Source of the DNA: Casimicrobiaceae bacterium
GTDB lineage: Bacteria > Pseudomonadota > Gammaproteobacteria > Burkholderiales > Casimicrobiaceae
Assembly (NCBI GenBank): GCA_035475895.1
Contig: DATILY010000019.1
Span: 4,722 to 68,721, forward strand
Length of the DNA stretch: 64,000 bases
Reading direction: 5' to 3'
The notes below the pieces were generated by a model, which saw only the letters and a list, made by a program, of their open reading frames with translations, made no database searches and was not told where the DNA came from. The stretch's first letter is position 1. Each line of letters begins with the position of its first letter. Below, in pieces: positions 58,306-64,000 of this stretch. Made by a program: the position numbers and the translations under genes.

Positions 58306-59508
58306 ATGAACACGCAGACCAAGCGCAAGGCTGCCCACGCGCCGGCCCGCACTCACGCCCGCGCCACGTTCCCGGGGCAAATCGTGCTGGTACTGCAGGG
58401 TGGCGGCGCGCTGGGTGCCTACCAGGCCGGGGTGTTCGAGGCGCTGCACGAGGCCGGTGTCGAGCCCGACTGGGTCATCGGCACGTCGATTGGCGCCGTC
58501 AACGCAGCGATCATCGCGGGCAACACCCACGCCGACCGCCTCGACAAGCTGAAGGCGTTCTGGTCGCGCGTCGAGCAGAAGAGCGGCCACGATTTCCTCA
58601 ATTTCTGGTTCAGCCTCACCAACATGGGGGCGAACCTCACCACGGTCAGCCAGGGCATCCCGTCGTTCTTCACGCCTCATCTGCCCGCATGGATAGGGCT
58701 GCACTCGCCGCTCGGCGTCGAGGCCGCCGCCTACTACACGACCTCGCCGCTGGCGGCCACGCTGGCGGAGCTCGTCGACGTCGAGCAGATCAACCAGTGC
58801 AAGGTGCGGCTCACCGTCGGCGCGGTCAACGTGCGCAACGGCGAGATGCGCTACTTCGACAGCCGCGAGGAGCCGCTCTCGATCGATCACGTCCTGGCAT
58901 CGGGCGCGCTGCCGCCCGCCTTTCCCGCGGTGCGCATCGACGGCGAGCCGTACTGGGACGGTGGCATCTATTCCAATACGCCGATCGAGGCGGTGCTCGA
59001 CGACAACCCGCGCAAGGACTCGGTGATCTTCAACGTCCAGCTGTGGAACCCGGAGGGTCCCGAGCCGGAGACGCTGTGGCAGGTCATCGGCAAGCACAAG
59101 GACATCCAGTATGCGAGCCGCTCGAAGAGCCACATCGCGCGCCAGAAGCAGATCCATCATCTGCGCCACGTCATCCGCGAGCTGTACAAGCACGTGCCCG
59201 GGAAGCTGCGCGATGCAGCGCACGTACGCGAGCTGAACGCCTGGGGATGCGGCACAACGATGCACATCGTGCGGTTGCTCGCGCCCACGGTCGACGGCGA
59301 GGACCACACCAAGGACATCGACTTCACGCCAGCGGGCATCCGTGCGCGCTGGGCTGCGGGACACGACGACACGATGCGCATGCTCGCACGTGCGCCGTGG
59401 ACGAAGCCCACGGACCCCGTCGAGGGCGTGATCATCCACCAGGATCCCGCGCATCCCGAGCCGAAGCTTGCGCGCGGGATCGATGGATTCTCGGGCAGGA
59501 CCCGCTGA
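58306..59508 (+). CDS. Patatin-like phospholipase (DUF3734-type C-terminus)
   Basis: LQGGGALGAYQAG, GTSIG nucleophile, WDGG, KDIQYASR. Confidence 0.9.
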   Translation: MNTQTKRKAAHAPARTHARATFPGQIVLVLQGGGALGAYQAGVFEALHEAGVEPDWVIGTSIGAVNAAIIAGNTHADRLDKLKAFWSRVEQKSGHDFLNFWFSLTNMGANLTTVSQGIPSFFTPHLPAWIGLHSPLGVEAAAYYTTSPLAATLAELVDVEQINQCKVRLTVGAVNVRNGEMRYFDSREEPLSIDHVLASGALPPAFPAVRIDGEPYWDGGIYSNTPIEAVLDDNPRKDSVIFNVQLWNPEGPEPETLWQVIGKHKDIQYASRSKSHIARQKQIHHLRHVIRELYKHVPGKLRDAAHVRELNAWGCGTTMHIVRLLAPTVDGEDHTKDIDFTPAGIRARWAAGHDDTMRMLARAPWTKPTDPVEGVIIHQDPAHPEPKLARGIDGFSGRTR

Positions 59509-59611
59509 CCGTAAGCAATCGCGTTCGCGCGCGACCATTCGTGCAGGCGCAAATCGACGCGCCGCCCATTCAACGAAGCGTTTCTCGATCAACATCCCAA
59601 AGGAGACTGCA

Positions 59612-60106
59612 ATGTCGAACCCGTTCCGCTGCAACCCCGCTCGCTTCATCCTCGCCACCGCGATCGCGTCGCTGTTCGCGGCGGCGCCCGCATTCGCCGG
59701 CGAGTGCCCGGCCGACAAGCTCGGCGTCAACACGCTGCAGAACGCGCCCACGGCGCCGGTCGGCGTGACCGAGCACGAGCTGTCCTCAGTCGACCTGTCG
59801 AAGGAGAATGTGCACCTGGACGATCGCCGCCTGCGCTTTCGCGCCATGCAGATCCAGCCCGGCGGCGTCGTGCCGCTGCATTCGCACGCCGACCGTCCCG
59901 CGCTCATCATGGTGAACACCGGCGCCATCTACGAGAACAGCAGCAAGTGCCTGGTCCCCATCCAGCACAAGGCCGGCGACATCTCGCGTGAATTCCTCGG
60001 CACGCAGCACTGGTGGAAGAACGAAGGCACCACCGTCGTGACGCTGACCATTGCCGACATCGTCAACGACAAGAAGCCCGACACCATGGCGAAGAACGTG
60101 ATGTAG
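59612..60106 (+). CDS. Exported cupin-domain protein
   Basis: Signal peptide ending PAFA; PGGVVPLHSHADRP, HWWKNEG; RBS AAGGAG. Confidence 0.85.
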   Translation: MSNPFRCNPARFILATAIASLFAAAPAFAGECPADKLGVNTLQNAPTAPVGVTEHELSSVDLSKENVHLDDRRLRFRAMQIQPGGVVPLHSHADRPALIMVNTGAIYENSSKCLVPIQHKAGDISREFLGTQHWWKNEGTTVVTLTIADIVNDKKPDTMAKNVM

Positions 60107-60225
60107 GCACCACGCGGCGCACGACGCGCCGCAGGCATTCGATCGACGAGACGGGGCACGTTCCACGCGTGTCCCGTCGCGCTTCCACACCGGCAATGTT
60201 TTTGCGGATGCCGCCGAACCGGTTC

Positions 60226-61254
60226 ATGGACATCCTTCTCGACAGCCCGCGGTTCCTGCTCTCCGCGCTGCTCGCGGCCATCATGGGATTCGCGATCCAG
60301 CGCGGCGCCACCTGCATGGTCGCCGCGGTGGACGAGGTGGTGACCAGGCGGCGCTTCGCGCGCCTGGCCGCCATGCTGTCCGCTTCGCTGTGGGTGCTCG
60401 CAGGATTGCTCCTCGCGCAATGGCGCGGCGTGCTGCCGCGCATGCCGGTCGGCTACGCCATCACCGGCTGGACCGTCCTCGGTGGCGCGCTGCTCGGTTT
60501 CGGTGCATTCCTGGGGCGTGCGTGCGTATTCGGGGCCATCGCACGCTTCGGCAACGGTGAATGGTCCTATCTGCTGGTTCCGGTCGGGTTCCTCGCCGGC
60601 TGCGTCAGCGTGGATGCGCTCTTCATGCCGATGATGCCAAGCGCGCTGCCGCAGGGCTCGAGCGTGCTCGGTGCAGCGCCCTGGGTGGCCGGGGTGCTGA
60701 TCGTGCTCGTCGTTGCGGGTGCCTTCGCCGCCCCACGCGACCCCGGCGATGCGGGCGCGGATCGAGCCGCCCGCGATGCCGCACATGGCGCGCAACGCGA
60801 CGCAGCCGCCCCAATGGCGCCGACCGGCATGCACGGGCTGGGCTTCGCCGCCCGCGTCTGGTCGCCCGGTGCGGCAACCGCCGTGATCGGCGTCACGTTC
60901 TTCTTCATGATGCTGCTCGTCGGACCCTGGGCTTACACCGACGCGCTCGCCGACGTGGCGCGCCGGATGCCGCACGACCTTGCGGCACGCGGCCTGCTCA
61001 TGCTCGCCCTGTTTACCGGCGCACTGACCGGCGGCCTGACCGCGCGCCGGTTCGCGCGCACGCGGGTGACGCCCGGCCGTCTCGCACGCTGCTTCGCAAG
61101 CGGCGTGCTCATGGGCTGGGGCAGCTTGCTCATCCCCGGCGGGAACGACGGCCTGATCCTGGTCGGGATGCCACTGCTCTTCGGCTACGCGTGGGTGGCG
61201 ATGACCAGCATGGCGCTTACAATCGCCGGCGCGATGCTCGCACGACGCGCGTAA
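60226..61254 (+). CDS. YeeE/YedE family (sulfur-compound transporter-like) membrane protein
   Basis: [37 protein letters not shown]; many TMs; start may be 60196. Confidence 0.75.
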   Translation: MDILLDSPRFLLSALLAAIMGFAIQRGATCMVAAVDEVVTRRRFARLAAMLSASLWVLAGLLLAQWRGVLPRMPVGYAITGWTVLGGALLGFGAFLGRACVFGAIARFGNGEWSYLLVPVGFLAGCVSVDALFMPMMPSALPQGSSVLGAAPWVAGVLIVLVVAGAFAAPRDPGDAGADRAARDAAHGAQRDAAAPMAPTGMHGLGFAARVWSPGAATAVIGVTFFFMMLLVGPWAYTDALADVARRMPHDLAARGLLMLALFTGALTGGLTARRFARTRVTPGRLARCFASGVLMGWGSLLIPGGNDGLILVGMPLLFGYAWVAMTSMALTIAGAMLARRA

Positions 61255-61333
61255 GGGCCGGCAGGATCGGCCGACCATTGTCACGGACGGGCGCTCTGCC
61301 CTCCCCACCTTTCATCATCGACAGGAGTCCACC

Positions 61334-61597
61334 ATGAACCACCAAGCCGCCATCCAGGCCGCTCTCGCCGGCATTCTCGCCCTCGGTCTTGCCGCCACCG
61401 CGAGCGCCGGCCCGGTCACGCCGAAGGCTGGCCAGGAGAAGTGCTACGGCATCGCGAAGGCAGGCCAGAACGACTGCGGCACCGCCAAGCACGCGTGCGC
61501 CGGCGAAGGTGCCAAGACGGACAACGATCCGACCGAATGGAAGTACGTCGCCAAGGGGACGTGCGAATCCGTCGGCGGCAAATCGGCGCCGAAGTAA
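61334..61597 (+). CDS. bufA1: Bufferin-type precursor peptide (DUF2282)
   Basis: Signal peptide, [20 protein letters not shown]...[13 protein letters not shown] with four Cys; RBS AGGAG. Confidence 0.9.
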   Translation: MNHQAAIQAALAGILALGLAATASAGPVTPKAGQEKCYGIAKAGQNDCGTAKHACAGEGAKTDNDPTEWKYVAKGTCESVGGKSAPK

Positions 61598-61661
61598 GCC
61601 ACCGAACCGTGAAAGCGGCACCGCGCCGCCGGGGCCGCCTTCCGTCACCAGAGGCGCGACC

Positions 61662-62501
61662 ATGCCTGGATGCCCGTCGCTACCCGTAGCTGCTGCCGTC
61701 GGATTGCGCGCGCCGCACGTGCGCGAGGTCTTGCAGACGCGTCCTGCATCCTCGTGGTTCGAGGTCCACAGCGAGAACTACTTCGCCGACGGCGGTCCGG
61801 CGCTCGCAGCGCTCATGCAGATCCGGGCCGACTACGCGGTGTCGCTGCATGGTGTCGGCATGTCGCTGGGGTCCACCGATCCGCTCGACCGCGATCACCT
61901 GGCCAAGCTCAAGCGGCTGATCGCGCGGGTGGAACCCGCACAGGTCTCCGAGCACCTGTGCTGGAGCAGCGTGGGCGGGCGTGCGTTCAACGATCTCCTG
62001 CCCTTGCCCTATACCAGCGAAGCGCTCGATCATGTCTGTGCGCGCGTGGCCCGCGTGCAGGACATGCTGGGGCATGAGATTGCCGTCGAGAACGTCTCGG
62101 CGTACGTGCAGTTTCCCGGCGCGGACATGTCCGAGGCGCTATTCGTCGCCAGCGTGGCGCGCCGCACCGGATGCAAGCTGCTGCTCGACGTCAACAACGT
62201 CTACGTCAACGCGACCAACCACGGCTTCGACGCGGATGCGTACATCGCGGCGATTCCCGCCGACGCCGTGGTCGAATATCATCTGGCCGGCTTCGACGCG
62301 ACCGGCGCATGTCTCGTCGACACGCATGGAGCACCCGTCGCCGCGCAGGTATGGGACCTCTTCGAGCGAACGGTCACCCGCATCGGGCCGCGCCCGACGC
62401 TGGTCGAATGGGACACCGATATTCCCGCGTTCGCCATCCTGCAAGCCGAAGCGCGCCTGGCACAGGACATCCTGGAGGCGGCGCATGCCCTCGCTGCGTG
62501 A
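61662..62501 (+). CDS. bufB: DUF692 multinuclear non-heme iron oxidase (MNIO)
   Basis: VGLRAPH, FEVHSENY, SLHGVGMSLG, SEHL, AVENVS, LLLDVNNVYV, EYHLAG, VDTHG, LVEWD. Confidence 0.92.
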   Translation: MPGCPSLPVAAAVGLRAPHVREVLQTRPASSWFEVHSENYFADGGPALAALMQIRADYAVSLHGVGMSLGSTDPLDRDHLAKLKRLIARVEPAQVSEHLCWSSVGGRAFNDLLPLPYTSEALDHVCARVARVQDMLGHEIAVENVSAYVQFPGADMSEALFVASVARRTGCKLLLDVNNVYVNATNHGFDADAYIAAIPADAVVEYHLAGFDATGACLVDTHGAPVAAQVWDLFERTVTRIGPRPTLVEWDTDIPAFAILQAEARLAQDILEAAHALAA

Positions 62502-63246
62502 GATGCAGATCGACTTCGCCGCGGCGCTCGCCGGACTTCCGGCAAGCGGCCGCGTTGCGCTGGCCGCAGACGGCTTGGCGATTTACCGCGCCAACGGCCG
62601 GGCCAACTATCGCAACGCTCTTGGCGCAACGTTTCCCGTGATCCGGCGCCTGACGGGTACGCCGTTCTTCAACGCAGCCGTCGATGCGTTCGTTGCCGCC
62701 CACCCGCCGGTGGCGAGCGACCTCAACGTCTACGGTGGCGGGTTCGCGTCATTCCTGCAACGGTACGAGCCCGCCGTCGAGCTACCTTATCTTGCGGACG
62801 TCGCGCAACTCGAATGGGGCATCGACGAAGCGAACCGTGCGGCCGATTGCGCACGCGTGCCCGACGCCGTGCTCGCCGCCCTGTCGATCGTGGCACCCGG
62901 GCAACTCCCCGAGGTGCACCTCGTGCTCGCCGCGTCCTGCCGCCTCACCGCGTCGTCGTTTCCGATCCTGCGGATCTGGCGGGTCAACCAGACCGACCGT
63001 TCCGGCCACGAGCGGGTCGATCTCGCCGAAGGTGCCACGCGCCTGCTCGTGCGGCGGGATCCTGATGGCGTGGCGTTGGAAACGCTGTCTGCCGGCGAGC
63101 ACGCGTGGCTCGCGGCATTTGCACGAGGCGCGACGTTCGGCGCCGCCATCGACGCAGCGTTCGCCGTCGAGCCGTCGTTCGACCTGGGGACAGCACTTCG
63201 CGCGCACATCGAGAGCGGAACGATTGTTGCCGTGGCCGAGCGTTGA
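62485..63246 (+). CDS. DUF2063 partner protein of the MNIO (BufC-like)
   Basis: SLREMQIDF, GLAIYRAN, LGATFPVIRRL, YLADVAQLEW; overlaps DUF692 gene. Confidence 0.85.
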   Translation: MPSLREMQIDFAAALAGLPASGRVALAADGLAIYRANGRANYRNALGATFPVIRRLTGTPFFNAAVDAFVAAHPPVASDLNVYGGGFASFLQRYEPAVELPYLADVAQLEWGIDEANRAADCARVPDAVLAALSIVAPGQLPEVHLVLAASCRLTASSFPILRIWRVNQTDRSGHERVDLAEGATRLLVRRDPDGVALETLSAGEHAWLAAFARGATFGAAIDAAFAVEPSFDLGTALRAHIESGTIVAVAER

Positions 63247-63292
63247 TCATGCATCCCGGCGACCCGCCAACACCATTCCCGAGGAACAACCC

Positions 63293-63766
63293 ATGCCTGC
63301 CATGATCGATTCCATCCCGCGTCCAGCCACCGCGAAGGGCGGCGTGGCGCGCATGCACGACGCATTTTCGCGGCTGCTCGCATCGCTGCAGCCGATCGCC
63401 GGCCTGGCGATGCGGCTTTACGTCGGCAAGGTGTTCCTGCTGTCCGGCTGGCTGAAGCTGTCGCGCTGGGACTCGACGATCGCGCTCTTCGAGAACGAGT
63501 ATCACGTCCCGGTGCTGTCACCTCACGTCGCCGCGGTCATGGCGACGGCGGGCGAGCTCGGCTTTGCCACGCTCCTGATCCTGGGCCTGGGCGGTCGCGC
63601 CGCAGCCCTCGGTTTGTTCTTCGTCAACGCGGTCGCGGTGATTTCGTATCCCGACCTGAGCGCCGCCGGCCTCAAGGATCACATCCTGTGGGGCGCGCTG
63701 TTGCTCGTCGTGGCCATCTACGGTCCGGGCAGGATCTCCGCCGATGGCGCGATGGGCCTGCGCTGA
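63293..63766 (+). CDS. DoxX family membrane protein (BufD-like)
   Basis: LAMRLYVGKVFLLSGWLKL, LFENEYHVPVL, ELGFATLLILGLGGR, GPGRISAD. Confidence 0.88.
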   Translation: MPAMIDSIPRPATAKGGVARMHDAFSRLLASLQPIAGLAMRLYVGKVFLLSGWLKLSRWDSTIALFENEYHVPVLSPHVAAVMATAGELGFATLLILGLGGRAAALGLFFVNAVAVISYPDLSAAGLKDHILWGALLLVVAIYGPGRISADGAMGLR

Positions 63767-63835
63767 AGCGCACGATGCACCTGCGGTCAGAACGGCCGCA
63801 ATGCGCTATCTCTCAGCGTGCCGCAAGAAGCGCCG

Positions 63836-64000
63836 TCAACGTCGGGCGTTCACGACGTCGAGCGCATCCGTCACCGCTTTGAGGAGGTCCGCCCTGCGGT
63901 ACGGCTTGGCGAGGTACCCATCGCACCCGGCGGCATGCATGCGCTTCGCGTCGTCGCGCATGGCGAAGGCGGTGAGCGCGATCACCGGAATGTCGACCGT
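63836..64000 (-). CDS. Single-domain response regulator, C-terminal part (5' end beyond window)
   Basis: Manual translation TVDIPVIALTAFAMRDDAKRMHAAGCDGYLAKPYRRADLLKAV...RR*; TGA at 63836-63838. Confidence 0.85.
   Translation of the reverse strand, partial: TVDIPVIALTAFAMRDDAKRMHAAGCDGYLAKPYRRADLLKAVTDALDVVNARR

Overview
High-GC (about 70% by eye) bacterial chromosomal window, probably from a betaproteobacterium (inferred from gene content). I found no rRNA, tRNA, CRISPR array or mobile element. The standout region is an 11-gene minus-strand cluster (16521->2785). It encodes a dynamin-like membrane protein with degenerate GTPase motifs, an Hsp70-like protein with degenerate ATPase motifs, and four tandem ~300-aa acidic His-rich all-helical proteins without signal peptides. 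These are followed by a CsgG/HfaB-like DUF4384 lipoprotein, a small exported protein, a Ser/Thr kinase-FGE fusion, an RCC1-repeat protein and a small membrane protein. I do not recognise this combination as a described system. The rest of the window holds a cytochrome c/P460-like fusion, a TonB receptor-YfiR-CHASE8 kinase module and a GH144/GH1 sugar-utilisation locus with an unclassified six-hairpin glycosidase. It also has a PAS/GAF kinase-sigma54 activator module with a clear -24/-12 promoter, a hydantoinase/oxoprolinase catabolic cluster whose B subunit carries a gamma-subunit-like tail, two gene remnants, bdhA-patatin and a complete bufferin-type (DUF2282/DUF692/DUF2063/DoxX) RiPP cluster. 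All family assignments come from reading motifs by eye; no database searches were run.
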